A stretch of 62,405 bases of DNA, filler included, from Chiloscyllium plagiosum (GCF_004010195.1; 5 parts of one record of this genome joined end to end with filler, not necessarily neighbours in it); one strand, 5' to 3'. Shown: positions 11,608-24,750, numbered from the whole stretch's first letter. The notes: generated from the letters alone by a model not told the origin. A program made the numbers and translations.

Positions 11608-12461
11608 CTGAGTAACACTGTGTTAGATCACTGCCCAGCGTGGGGAAACCTGCAGACCATTTTGGAAGTGACAGGATGTGCAGCTCCAATTCATTTACAG
11701 CTCCATAATCGCCATTGTGCTATGACAAGGGGGTGCTGTGGGTGTGAACATCACTGCCAGAGAGAGATGGCGGGGGAATCAGTTTAAATATCACCACATG
11801 GGAGGGGTTTGGGAAATAGACGAGAGGGGGAGACTGAAAGACAGTGTCATGGAAGGATGTGTTCCCAAGTTTCAGAATGCTCAAACGTAGACACTTCTAT
11901 AACATCCTGTTACATGAACCAGTCTTCCCAGGAAAGATGGAAAAAGGGGATATTGGTGTGAAGTCAGATGAAACAACAGCTGCTGTGTGGTTTTGAAACT
12001 AAGTTTATGTAACTTAAACAGGCATCTTATTGAAACAGTATATTACTATAGAGCTGGAGTCGGGTTATAAGCAGTTAAAAGAAAGGGGGTCTCAGAGTTG
12101 TGAATTGTTGATGTAAAATGTTCACTTTCAGAGTGAAAAAATAAATTGATGTTTTTATTTAAACAGTGGAATTTAAGAGTTCTCTGTCACTCATATTTTA
12201 ACAGTTTACGAGGTGAATGGAGCATTTCTTTATGTTTAGTTTAAGTTACCAGATGAGCCTCACGCAGTGTCCTAACAATTGCTGTATGTGTTTCTGTGTG
12301 TCTCTGTGTGGGGCAGGTCTGGCAGTCTCTTTGGTGCTTAAAGTGATGCAATGCCACCCTCTGCTGGCCTCCCCACGCCACTGCACAGACATTCCCACAA
12401 CAGGGATTCATTCAGAGAGGGGGAGGGCGAGGGCAGCTGCTTACAGCACCATCCAAACTGA

Positions 12462-13298
12462 TGTCTTATCCATGTACTGATCTAAATGTCCTTTAAACGT
12501 TGTAACTGTCACTGCTTTCACCACTTCCTCTGGAAGTTCATTCCACACACAAGCCAGCTTCTGTCTAAAATATTTACCTCACATGATTTCTTTTCATCTC
12601 TTTCCTCGCACCTTAGAATATCCCTCAGTTTTGAATCCCCAACTCTAGGGAAAAGACGTCACAGCTTCAGCTTTTCTGTGCCCCTCATTATTTTATAAAC
12701 CCCTGTAAATTTTCCCCTCGATCTCATACTCCCCAGTGAAAAAGGTCCCAGCCTCTCCTTATAGCTCACTCCCTCCATTCCCAACAACATCCAGGTTAAT
12801 CTCTTCTGAACCCTCTCCAGCTTAATAATATCAACTTCAGTAATATCAAAGTGAATAGTCAAAGTATTTTCTAAGTGTAGGGGAGTCCAAAACTAGAGGA
12901 CATAGGTTTAAGGTGAGAGGGAAAACATTTAAAAGTGACCTAAGGGGCAGCGTTTTCAAGCAGAGGGTGGTTGCCTATGGAATGAGCGGGCAGGGTGACC
13001 AGACTGGACACAGTATTTCAGAAGAGTCCGCACCTATGTGCTGTACAACCTCAACATGATGTCCCCATTCCGATACTCAAAGGTCTGACCAATAAAGATG
13101 TGTGCTAAACACCTCCTTAACCACACTATATATATGAGATGCAAATTTTAAAGAATTATACCTGACGGCCTAGGTCTTTCTTCATCAACACTGCCCAAGG
13201 CCCGACTTTTAATTATATAGGTCCTGCTCTTGTTTGACTTACCAAATCCAATACCTCGCATTAATCCAAATTAAACTCCATCTGCCACCCTCCGCCCA
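12462..13298 (-). mobile_element. CR1-clade LINE 3' fragment with an opposite-strand CR1 piece nested at about 12850-12990
   Basis: Translates to KLERVQKRLTWMLLGMEGVSYKERL...VYKIMRG, typical of the CR1 ORF2 C-terminus. Confidence 0.8.
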
Positions 13299-13299
13299 G

Positions 13300-13679
13300 T
13301 GTAATATATTACTGCCACGTCACCCTCCCCCTTCAGTTTAAAATGCCCATCCCTCTCCAGGAAGCCTGCACACTCCGGCCTTGATTTTCACAAAGACCAC
13401 GAGCTTGGTTTGCCTTGTGTGGTAAGTGGGAGGAGGGACAGATTATAGACACAGTCAGCGGGGAGGAGACGCTGGACAGTAATCAGCGGCGTGGTGTCAT
13501 TTCATGGTTTTAGGAAGAGGGCAGTCACACGTTAGAGTTGGATAATACTGATCTTTTTTGGGGTGTTAGAAATTAATATCGCCCTTCGTCTCTGATGTTG
13601 AGTAATAAATATCTATTTGATACCCTTCATTGGGCAGAATGTGTCTGCAGGACTTCTTTCCCTAATATGGTAGACTACA
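13300..13679 (+). mobile_element. Possible solo LTR
   Basis: TGTA...TACA termini, 380 bp, AATAAA near 13604; no TSD seen. Confidence 0.3.
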
Positions 13680-13709
13680 GATAATAGCAACGAAAGATAT
13701 TCATAGTTA

Positions 13710-14835
13710 TAGATGTAGGCTTGCTCGCTGAGCTGAAAGGTTCATTTCCAGACGTTTCATTGATTTACAAGATAACACCGTCAGCGGAAGATGGATCCAA
13801 CACACCACGCTTCCCCGGATTACCCAAAATTCACAAACGACGAGCCCCCCTCAGACCCATAGTCTCGCTACCTGGAACACCAAATTACAGATTGGCCAAG
13901 GAGCTACACAAAAGACTAAGGCACTTAGTAGAAAGCTCACGCCACTCCATCCCCTCCACACAAGAATTCCTGAGGACCATTAAAGACACTAAGACAGAAG
14001 AGGGTGAAATAATGGTTTCCTTTAATGTAACAGCCCTGTTTACCGCAATCAACATTAACCTGGCCAAGGAAACACTGATTACACTATTAGAAGACCCAAA
14101 GACACAGACACCAAACACCACTATATTCATCAAGGAGAATATCATCAAGCTAGTTGACCTATGCCTTACCACCCACTTGACCTTCAACAACAAAACTTAC
14201 AGACAAACCAATGGAACACACATGGGATCTCCGATGTCAGGGTTCTTAGCCGAGGCAGTAATGCAGAGACTTGAGAAAACAGCTCTACCAACCATCCAAC
14301 CCAAACTTTAGGCCCACGATGTCGATGACACCTTTGTCATCACTAAACAAAATACCGTGCAAGTACTGTAACAAATAATACATTGGATAAACAGGCAGAA
14401 GACTAGAATACATGAACACCAACTAGCCACAAAAGGACATGACCGTCTCTCACTAGTGTCACCACATACAGATGAGGAAGGACACCACTTCGACTGGGAC
14501 AAGCCAAACAAAGACATGCACTAGAATTCCTAGAAGCATGGCATTCCAAACAGAACTTTATCAACATTCACATCGAGTTAGACCCCATCTACCACCCCCT
14601 GAGAAAAGGAACAGGACGTGACTTCACCACAGGAAATAACATCATCAAAGGAAATGACATCACCAACTCAAAGACACCCAAGCATATAAATAGAAAGCAG
14701 GCAGTTTCAACATTGCTTTGCATAAAGTCCACTGAAGATGTTACCTAGTAAAGTAATGACACGTCTGGAAATGAACCTTTCAGCTCAGCGAACAAACCTA
14801 CATCCAAATCCTCAACCTGAGCTACAAAACTCACT
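13710..14835 (+). mobile_element. Penelope-like retroelement, 5'-truncated and internally deleted (RT plus GIY-YIG remnant)
   Basis: RT motifs GLPKIHK..PLRPIVS, SFNVTALFT, YRQTNGTHMGSPMSG, DVDD; decayed endonuclease (YIG*TGR, IHEHQ, FLEAWH); inverted repeat 13713-13755 vs 14761-14803; 13-bp TSD. Confidence 0.9.
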
Positions 14836-15017
14836 ATGTTCATAGTTAATTTCGATGGCACAGCACGTGCACTCAACATCCTATAGTTGAGACAAATATC
14901 TTGCACTTGTTTAACAATACGAAGTACTTTTTTTGTAATTCAGTAATGGTAACCTGATTATATTAAATCCACACCGAGCTGAAAGCTGGCACTTAAAATT
15001 TGACACAAAATCTGGGT

Positions 15018-15320
15018 ATGGTAGTGTCGTGGGTAGTGTCCCTGTCTCTGAGCCAGAACTCTGGATTGATTCCAATTCCTGAACTTGTATAGTATTGTTC
15101 CTAGCTCTGGACTAGAAGGTCTGGATGCAAGTCCTACCTGTTGCAGAGGTATGTCACATCATGTCAGAACAGGCAGATGAGCAAACACACACGAGAATAC
15201 TGTTACAGCTTTATGGGTATTGCTGAGTGGTGCTAGTGTCCCTACTTCCGGGCACAAAGGCCGAGGTGTAAATCCCACAGAAGCGTTTCATAATGCATCT
15301 GAACAAACTGATTAAAATGG
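15018..15320 (+). mobile_element. Three adjacent degenerate short tRNA-derived SINE heads
   Basis: Repeated tagtgtccct.cttc..g.ccagaa/gg.ctgg.t.caa.tcc motif near 15033, 15091 and 15233. Confidence 0.5.
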
Positions 15321-16056
15321 ATTTATAATTGTGACCTGATGGAGAAAGAAGAGGTGTCAGTATTGAATTTCAGAATTTAGGATCAAGATGACTGAAAACA
15401 CAGCTAATCGTGTTGATTGGAGTCACAATTCGCAGCAGTAAAGGTTTATAAAATCAGAATGGTCATGGGTAGGGGGAGTAGTCAGGGATTTTTCCCCAGG
15501 TTAGGGGCATCCAAACCTAGCGGGCATTGGTTGAAAGTGAGAGGGTGGTGTTTGTATGGAATAAGCTGCCAGAGGAAGTGATGGAGGCTGGTACAACTAC
15601 AGCATCTAAAAGGCATCTGGATGTTGACAGACCTGCCAATCTTTTCCAGCAATTTCTGTATTTGTTTTAAAAAAATGCATTCATTTTAACACAGGTATTC
15701 TGAATACATTAAACATTTTACTTTTTAATGACGCAGGGACATATAGACATATCTTCAAGTCGTTCGAGACGATTTTCTGCTAAGGGATGGCTCTGTGCAT
15801 GACAGCAGCAATGACGCACTGACATGGAACAGGGTATGTGATGGAGACATAGTTTGGACAATGTACAAGGAGACACCACATGGTCCAGTTTGGGAGAGGA
15901 TGATATTATTGTGTGATTCATTTCAGAGAGGGAGAAAATGTAATCTGCCGAGAAGGAATGGCCTGTTGCACTCCCTCTCCTTCATTGTTCCTCACCACAG
16001 CAATGTGTGCGAGCTAAAATAAGAACTCTACAGTCATCGTTACCATTCTTATTTTT

Positions 16057-16392
16057 ATAGAATTCCTGCAGTGTAGAAACAGACCCTTCTGCCCAACAAG
16101 TCTATACCAACCTTCCAAGGAGTAACCATCACAGACCCGTTCCCCTACATTTATCCTGACTAATGTAACTAACCTAAAAATCCCGAAACACTATGGTCAA
16201 TTTAGCATGACCAATCCACCTGACCTGCACACATTGGACTGTGGGAGGAAATTGGCGTACCCATTAGAGGCTCACGCAGACAGGGGAGAATGTGCAAACT
16301 CCTCCCAGATAATCGCCCAAGACTGCAATTGAACCCAAGTCCCTGGTGCTGTGAGGTGGTGGTGCTAACCACTGAGCCGCTGTGCCACCCTT
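16057..16392 (-). mobile_element. HE1/V-SINE-like SINE
   Basis: Reverse strand reads ggtggcacagcggctcagtggttagcacc...gggttcaattg (A/B boxes) then V-domain-like gagtttgcacattctccc..ttcctcccacagtcca. Confidence 0.85.
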
Positions 16393-16697
16393 TGGGCAAT
16401 CATTGACCACAATTCATTGGAATCTCGTCACTGTCTAATGGAAAGGGAATTCAGCCAAATCCAACTGTTCCAGGATGAAATCCCATTGTTAGCAGCTTAT
16501 GTGAGTACAATGGCTTCAGAAGCAGAATAACGTTTTGGACAATCTCTCACTTTTTCCTTTTATCAAGAGTTACACTAATGTCTGGGCAAAGTTCTTTCAA
16601 CTTGAAGTTGCAGAGATTTTGTTTATCGTGTGTGTGTGTGTGTGTGCGTGCGTGTGTGTGCGTGCGTGTGTGGGCGTGTGCGTGTGTGTTTGCGTGC

Positions 16698-17500
16698 ACA
16701 AAGAACAAAGAAAATTTACAGCCCAGGAACAAGCCCTTCATCTGCCACTTTTCCGCCCAACTCTCCAGTCTATCTATATCTTCCGATATTCTCTGACAGT
16801 CCGTTGTGCTTTCTGGCACTCCACCAATCTTCGTGTCATTTGCAAACTTGCTAATCATACCAACAGTGCCCTCTTCCAGATCATTTATAAATATACATTA
16901 CAAACAACAGTGGCCCCAACACTGACCTTTGTGGAACACCACTGGTCACCTTTCTCCATATAGAGAAACTCCCTTCAACTACTACCCCCTGTCTCCTGTT
17001 TCTCAACCAGATCTTTATCCACCCTGCACACCATATGACTTCAATTTCTGCATTAGTCAACCATGGGGAACTTTATCAAACGTCTTACGAAAGTCCATGT
17101 ACATGACATCAACAGCCCTTCCTTCATCTATTAACTTGGTCACTTCCTCGAAGAACACCATTAAGTTGGTAAGGCAGAATCTCACCCACAGAAAACCATG
17201 TTACCTATCACTGATAAGCTCATTATTTTCTAAATATAAATAGATCCTATCTCTCAGTACCTTCTCCAGCAACTTTCCCACCACTGACGTCAGGCTCACT
17301 GGTCTGCAGTTACCCGGAATATCCCTACTACCCTTCTTGTACAGGGGGACAACATAAGCTACCCTCCAGTCCTCCGGCACCTCACCTTTATTTAAGAATG
17401 CTACAAAGATATCTGTCATGGTCCCAGATATTTGCTGTCTTACCTCCCTCAGTAACCAGGGATAGATCCCATCTGGTCCTGGGGATTTGTCCACCCCTAC
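16698..17500 (-). mobile_element. CR1 LINE ORF2 fragment inserted within a (TG)n tract
   Basis: KSPGPDGIYP, PGNCRPVSLTSVVGKLLE, ISKFANDTKIGG; TG repeats on both flanks (16628-16695, 17513-17540). Confidence 0.9.
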
Positions 17501-17807
17501 GCAACACATCTTTGTGTGTGTGTGCGTGTGTGTGTGTGCGCCAGTGTTTTTAGAAAGGGTAATGTTGATTCTTTATTTCCATTGTCCAAACATTTGCCAT
17601 TCATCTTTCCATCATAGTTTGAGTGACATTGCTCTGGATCATAAACGTGCTATTTCAGCAGATTAAACAAAATAGCCTGACTTGTTCCTAAAAGTGACCC
17701 TGACCCAGTCTGAGACTAATATCATGGACCATCTCACCAACCTGATTATATTTATTATTTATTGTGAGCAGTGGAAGAGTGGGACTAGAAAAGGAAACAG
17801 TGACCCA

Positions 17808-19097
17808 AAAAGCAGGGCATCTATAAACCGGTGAGCCTGCTGTCAGTGGTTGGTAAGTTGTTGGAGGAGATTCTGAGGGACAGGATTTACATACATTTGG
17901 GAAGGCAAGGGCTATTCGGGGTAGACAACGTAGCTTTCTGCATGGAAAATCATATCTCATTAATTTGGTTGAGTTTTATGAAGAGGTGACAAAGAAGACT
18001 GATGAAGGCAGTTTGGTAGGCATTGTCTACATGGACCTCAGCAAGGTGCTCATATCATTCCGATTGGTAGACAAATTCGGAAGTTTCGGTCACATGGGAT
18101 ACAGAGGAAGCTAGTCACAATTGGCTTGAAGGAAGTGGGGTATTTTTCAGACGGGAGGCTTGTGAGCAGCAGTGTGCTGTAAGAATCAGTACTGAGTTCA
18201 CTGTATTTCATCGTTTATGTAAAGGATTTAGATGTGAATACTGGGGCCATAGTTAGTAAGGTTACAGATGACATCAGAAAGGTGGTGTAGTAGATTATCT
18301 CAGAGTACAACGAGACCAAAATTAGATGGGACAAAGGGCAAGGTGTGACAGATGAAGTGTAATTTAGATAAATACGAGGTTTTGCATTTTGGGAAGGTAA
18401 ATCAGGGCAGAAATTATACACTCAATGGTAAGGTCCTGGGGCATGTTGTGGAACAAAGGGACCTTGGACTGCAGGTACATTGTTCCTTGAAAGTGGAGTC
18501 GCAGGTAGACAGTGGTGCAGAACACATTTGGCACATTTGCCTTAATCAGTCAGAGCATTGAGTTGGGGTGGCATGTTGCATGTGTATAGGATACTGGTGA
18601 GGCCACTTTAAGAATACTGCATACAATTCGGTTAGCTGCAGAAAAGATTTACACGGATGGTGCAGGACTGAAGGATTTGAGTTTTAGGGAGAGGCTGGTG
18701 AGATTAAGGTGTTTCCCCCGGAGTGCCAGAGACTGAGGGGTAACATTATAGAGCTTTATAAAATCATCAGGGGCATGGATATTCTGAACAGCCACATTCT
18801 GTTTCCCAGGATAGGGGAGTCCAGAACAAGACGGCATAGGTTAAAGGCGAGAGAGCGAATAATTTAGAAGGGACCTGAACATAAATGTTTTATACAGGGA
18901 GTGGTGTGTGTACGGAAAGTGCTGTCAGAGGAAGTGGTAAAGGCGGTTAGAATCGCACATTTAAAAAGTATCTGAAAGAGGAGGGATATTGGCCAAATGC
19001 TGGCAAATGTGACGAGATCAGATTTGATGTCTGATCGGAGTGAAAAGATTGGAATAACGGGTCTGTTTTCGTTCTGCATGACTCTCTGATTCTATAA
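17808..19097 (+). mobile_element. Degenerate CR1 LINE (RT to 3' tail)
   Basis: YKPVSL..VVGKLLE; KYEVLHFGK; 3' tail ctgcatgactctctgattcta; many stops and frameshifts. Confidence 0.85.
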
Positions 19098-20545
19098 GAG
19101 GGAATACGAAAAATTCAGAAAGGACATTTCAAGTTGAAATACTGTTCATTGGAAGTTTATCGTACCTCTATGTTCACATTGATAGAAAGCTGAGTTAGTT
19201 AAATATTTGACAGGGAAGTGAGTCACGGATAATGGAATACAGAGAGGAAAGTGGGACTGAGATCCCAAACTGATCAGCCACGATTTTAGTGCCTGGTGGA
19301 GAAGGCTCAAAGTATCTAATGACCCACTCCTGTTCCTCAGTCCCATGTTCATGTGTTCCATTCAGCCCCTCAGACCTGCTAGACAGGAGGAGTTGGAGGC
19401 TAATTACTCCGATAACCTGGTGCTCAAAAACAGAGGAGACCATTCAGTTCCTCAGTACTGTCCCACACGCTTTGAGGTGATTTGGGAAATGTAATTGGAA
19501 AACCTAGGCAGGGTATGAAAGAGGCCCCTCATCTCTCTTTACAGAGCTTACCGTCTCTGAAACCTGTGCTTCATTTGTTGGCCATGTTGTAGACCCAGAT
19601 TCACTGCGAAGACAGCCCACCCCTCACCCAGCAATGGCTCACAAAATCCTCTGGTCTCCCTGACTACAATATTCAATAACAGAACATTCATAAAAATAAC
19701 ACCCACTAACTTTCCAATAACAGAATGGGAGAACATCAGAAACAGGGGTATGTTGTTCATTCCCCAAGCCGAACAGGTCAATTTCCATCTACCTCCTCTT
19801 CAAATACTTTCAGTCATTGAGCTCCCCGAATACTCTTGAGAAAAGAAATCCTGACATTCAACACCACCTATTTGAAGAAAACACTTGCTGCTCCTATATT
19901 GTGGCTTATTGATATGAACAAAAGAGTTTGACTCAAGGGTCCAGATAAAACTGACTGACCCTGATATCAAGGAGCTTAACAAAACGGGACTTAATGGGAA
20001 TCAGAGTAAACTCTCCAGTGTTTGGAGTCAAACATGGCACAAAGGAGATGTGCCATCATCTCAGTCCTGGGTCACCTCTGTGGAAGTTCCTTAGGGTAGC
20101 TTCCTCTTCACAAACATCTTCAGCTGCTTCATCAATGTCTCCCGCCCCCACACTCCACCATAAGATCAGAAGAGGGGATAGTCACTGAAGATTCCACAAT
20201 GTTCAGAACATTTTGTCCCCAGTCAGCTCCTGAACTGGTCTGTGTCCATGAGCAGCAAGACCCAGACTCCATTGAGGCTTGTGCTGTTAAAGGGTCAGTA
20301 ATATTCAGGTAACAGTACTGATAGATTATGCACATTACCACAGTGAAATGAAGAGTTCATTCATCACCTCACGCTGGTTTCACAGGAATATGAGGAAGTC
20401 ATTCAACCCATTGACACTATTGGAGAAGAACATGGACAGCCTATTCAGTGTCTCCAGCCTATTATTCAGGAAGAGAAGGAGTCCAGTGTGATGGACCACA
20501 CCAGAGACCTTCGAAAATATCTGAAGGCGGTAGCCGAGACTCTCA

Positions 20546-21099
20546 TGTTTTCTTATTTTAAAGGAAATGTAAAATGTCTGTCGCAGATGCAATGTGACTG
20601 GTCAATCTACTTGGTGTGAAGTAAAACACCATTTATTTAAGCATGAAAGATAAAATGAAACCAAAGAAAGAGGGATTTAGAATAACATAATTCTATTGGA
20701 CAAGTTAACAGAATAATAGATCTAGGAACTATTACTAATGAACTGTTCCAATATAGGAAAATCCCATAAACACAGCCCCTGGCAGAAAGGAAAATTCAGA
20801 CACAGAATGTCACAAACATTTCTCCAATCCAGGAATTAAAAACTGCATCAAGAGAAAATTCAGAGAGAGTAACAGACAGGAGATCCCAATAGTTTCTGAT
20901 GTTACTGAGAAACCAAAGCCCAGAGATCCTAATCTGTGAGAGCTGGTCACACCCATTCAGGCTGCATTAAGATAAACCCAAGGCCTCGCTAGCTGTTTAC
21001 TCAAGTGGTCTTAACTAGCCAACTTGGTAACAATCGTTCAATCTCTTTCTTAAAAGAAACCAGGACAAAATAACCTCTTAAAGCTGCAGCATCATCATA
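20546..21099 (-). mobile_element. LTR-like interspersed repeat (possible solo LTR)
   Basis: About 550 bp non-coding block starting TG, with reverse-strand AATAAA; resembles a recalled shark repeat; its end is copied at 25206-25243; no clear TSD. Confidence 0.35.
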
Positions 21100-21187
21100 C
21101 TTGTCAGCACATCGAGCTGTCAAACAGGAACCGGGGCAAGACATATAGGTAGGGTCCTGTCGAAAGCTACCAATCAAGGAGAAATCC

Positions 21188-21549
21188 ATAGAAATGATAG
21201 AATCCCTGCAGTGAGCAAACAGGCTATTCGGCCCATCAAGACTACACCGAACCTCGAAACACTATCCCTCTGGACAAACCCCTACCCTATCTCTCTGAGC
21301 CTGCATTTCCCATAGCTAATCCACCTCGCCTACACATCCCTGGGTACTTTACGCAATTTAGCATGGCCAATCTACCCTTATCTGTATACCTTTATACTGT
21401 TGGAGGAAAACATAGCATCCAGAGGAAACTCATGCAGACACGGGGAGAATGTGAAAACTCCACACAGACAGTCATTCAAGGATGGAATTAAACCCAGATC
21501 GCTGCGCTCTGAAGCAGCAATGCTAGTCACTGAGCTACTGTGTCACCTT
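21188..21549 (-). mobile_element. HE1/V-SINE-like SINE
   Basis: tttagcatggccaat..gcagacacggggagaatgtgaaaactccacacagacagtc..cactgagctactgtgtcacc. Confidence 0.85.
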
Positions 21550-21559
21550 GTGGTGCAGG

Positions 21560-22135
21560 TTCACCATTTAAAATGCATTTGATGGATACATGCATGGGAA
21601 GTGTTTAGAGGGAGATGGGCCAAGAGCTACCAAGGAGGACGAAATTTATTTAGGATATTTGGTCGGCATGGATGACTGGCCTGAAGGGTCTTTTTCTGTG
21701 CTGTACATCTGAGACTTTATTGCCTCTTGAGTGTATAACACAGGAACAGGAGGAGACTATTCAGCTTCTGAATTCTGTCAGTCAGCTTATTTGCTCAATT
21801 ACTGAGAGTAAAATACAAAAATACATCATTCAGATTTTGATGGTGTTTTACAGAAACAGGAGAAAGACTTTTAGTCAAGAAAAGCCGTAAAGCATGTGAA
21901 GAGGCGATTTTGCACAGAGTGCGTTCTGCATATGGACTGAGCTGCCAGTGGAAGTGGTTGAGGTGGGTACAATAACAACATTGAAAAGGTATTTGGATAA
22001 ATACATGGATAGGAAAGGATTAGAGGGATACAGAGCAAGGGCAGCGAAATGGGGTGAGTGTGGGTGAACATTTTGGTCCGCATGGACCAGCTGGGCCGAA
22101 GGGTCTGTTTCCATGCATTAGAACCATATGACTGT
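21560..22135 (+). mobile_element. Two CR1 3'-end fragments
   Basis: gagctgccag.ggaagtggttgagg..ggataggaaagg.ttagagggata..gggccgaagggtctgtttccatg. Confidence 0.75.
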
Positions 22136-22152
22136 AAATATGTGTTTATCCG

Positions 22153-22980
22153 GATAGAGACAGAGAGGGACAGATTGAGAAAAAATGTCTAGGAAAGATA
22201 TGTTCACAGGTTTCAGAATGCTGAAATTAAGACATTTCTATAGTATCATGCAACACGGGTCAGTATTATGAAGAATTATGAGTGAATGGAATATTGCTGT
22301 GAACTCAGGCGATAGAGAGTTTTGACTGAGCATTTGTTCCGCAGCTTTGTAACTGAGAGTGAGGACAGCAGAGCCTTCGGTTCATTGAACTGTATAAATC
22401 AGTAATTTGTCTTAGTGTCATTTTCATTGAGTGTGACAGAGGGATTGTCTGTACGAAGCTGAGCTACTTTCCTGGTACTATCTTATCGAGGTCACCTCAT
22501 TAAATACCCACCCACCCCACCCACCTCTCATTGAATGCCAGCCCAATTCTTCCACCCATCATGATTGGAGGTACTCACAGTCGCCCGGATGCCCCTTGAT
22601 ATTCTGTGTTCCCCGGCACTGGTGCCATCTTTAAAGGGCCAAGGGGCACACGGCTGATCTTTCTCAGTTTGGAGCTGCCCTGTACAGATTACCCAAGCAT
22701 GGCGGATAAGGGGTAATTGCACTACAGTTTTACGGAGCATGGTGTGCATAGTGGATGGGCTAGTACAGAGGGGGACCATTCCCTTTCCAGGGTGGGCCAT
22801 ACTAAAAGACCTACCGAGTATGGTCTGTGCTCACCACCCAACTCGGTGCAGTATCTGTGGTCTGAAAAAAATGTTCAGCAATACAGGACAAGCATCAATA
22901 ACCTTCCCAGCTCTGTCAGGGTAAGGGTCACCATATTCTCTCTGCTCCCTCACACTCACTGTATATCTGTTAAGGCACGA
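22153..22980 (+). repeat. Unclassified dispersed module, copy A
   Basis: Collinear with 60069-60834 (+), 44740-45580 (-) and partly 11815-11975 (+), e.g. gagtgtgacagagggattgtctgt and cactggtgccatcttt. Confidence 0.85.
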
Positions 22981-23271
22981 ACAAGGCTCATGCTCCACCA
23001 CTCTCTCTCTCTCGCCTTTGCAATACCCCCCACACAGTTAGAGAATATTCCGGAGAATACCGATTATGGAATGTTCCAGATAATGTTCCAAATAATGCCC
23101 AGTTTCAGGAAAATGGCAGTGCCCCAGTGCGTAGCACATAAGAGGAAGGAGTAGAGATGCACGTTTTACAAATCACATACATTTCAAACCATGTGGAGGC
23201 CATGCAGCCCTTCAAATGTGCTCTAGCATTTAATAAGGTCCCGGCTGATCTGATGCTTTTCTGAGCTCCAT

Positions 23272-23371
23272 NNNNNNNNNNNNNNNNNNNNNNNNNNNNN
23301 NNNNNNNNNNNNNNNTTAATTAATTAANNNNNNNNNNNNNNNNNNNNNNNNNNNNNNNNNNNNNNNNNNNN
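23272..23371. other. Artificial assembly spacer N44-TTAATTAATTAA-N44 (also at 44609, 54190, 58475)
   Basis: Identical 100-nt construct four times; the 12-mer gives stops in all six frames. Confidence 0.95.
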
Positions 23372-23551
23372 CGAGTCGTCAGTTCTAGGAATGCCCTGCC
23401 AGTAGCAGTGGTGGACTCTTCCTCTTTATGGGCATTTAAACGGGCATTGTATAGGCATATGGAGGATAGTGGGCTAGTGCAGGTTGGTGGACTTGGATCG
23501 GCGCAACATCGAGTGCCAAAGGGCCTGTACTTTTCTATGTTCTATGTTCTA
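23372..23551 (+). mobile_element. CR1 3' end, same subfamily as 58017-58474
   Basis: Near reverse complement of 58017-58205; (ctatgtt)n tail. Confidence 0.85.
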
Positions 23552-23554
23552 AGT

Positions 23555-24140
23555 CAGAGTGCTATGGGCCTTGGAGGGGAACTTGCAAATGGTGGCGTTT
23601 CATTTCATCTTCCAACCTTGTCCTTATAGTCAGTACAACTGTTGAGCTTTGAAGGTTCTGTCAAAAATGCCCACATGACTTACTTCAGTGCATTTTGTCG
23701 TTGGTGCACTCTGCTGCAATTGTGGCTTAGCGGTGAAGAGAATGAATATTGCAGGTATTAAAGAGGGTACAATCAAGTGACTGCATTGTCGTGGACCGTG
23801 TTCAGTTCCTTAAGTGTTATTGAAGTTAAACCCATCGAGGCAAATGGAGAGAGTTATGTTCCACGTCTCATTTGTGCCTTGCAAATGATGTAGGATTCAC
23901 TGAGATGCGAGTTGAGTTTATAATCAAAAAATGTCCACTAATGGACATATGTTTTGTTGCCAAATTGTTCTCTAGCCAGTTTCCGTACGTTTATCTTTCT
24001 ACATACTAGCTCTGTGGACAATTACACGGGATAATCTGGTTGCAGTAAAGCCAATGAATGTCAGTGGGACATGATTAGATTCTGATTTGTCAGAGTTATC
24101 ATTACTCTATTTTGTCATTATGTGGACAAATCTGATTCCA
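23555..24140 (-). mobile_element. Very old LINE 3' fragment; inverted paralogue at 35810-36395
   Basis: gtgcactctgctgcaattgtggcttagcg matches the reverse complement of the cgctaagg...gagtgcac stretch near 36225-36256; shared end ggacaaatc.gattc. Confidence 0.65.
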
Positions 24141-24229
24141 GTCGCTGTGTGATTTCAAGTTCCAATTCCCGTCTGCGCTTGAAATTTCAACCGTTTCGTC
24201 GCATAAATGTCTCCACCTGCCTTAATAAT

Positions 24230-24750
24230 ATGTAAGGACGCTGCAGGGACAGCAGAGATTTACGGACATGTTGTCAACACTGGACAAAATGGAGCTTCGT
24301 GGACTGATTGGTTAGGCTGGGATTATTCTCCTTGAAACAAAGGAGGCGGAGGGGAGCTCTATAATCACATAATAACATTTATCAACGTTCAATATTCCTG
24401 GGATCTTGACAGGGTTGTTACGGGCAGGTGGTTCACCCTCTGGTTGGAGGAGAGCACCAGAGGACATGAACTCAGAATTAGATATTGCCTAGTTAATTCA
24501 GAAAAGGTTAGGTAATTTCTTTGTTCAGGGGCCAGTGAATCGGTGGAACTCCTTACCGAAACTGCTGTTGAGGCTGAGCTGTTGTGTATTTTCAAACTGT
24601 GCCAGACAGATTTTTAACGAGAAAGTCGTTGGAGCTTTGTCGAGGCAATTCAGGAGAATGGAGTTGAGGATTATCAGATCAGCCATGAGCCCATTGAATG
24701 GTGGAGCAGACTCGATGGGCTGAATGGCCCACTTCGAATCCTACATAATT
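24230..24750 (+). mobile_element. Degenerate CR1 3' fragment
   Basis: gtgaatcggtggaactccttacc..gctgttgaggctg..atcagccatga..gaatggtggagcagactcgatgggctgaatggcc. Confidence 0.7.

Noticed and set aside
23316..23327. Palindromic TTAATTAATTAA repeated four times in the window
   Set aside because: Always centred in a 100-nt N block, so it is an assembly linker and not biology
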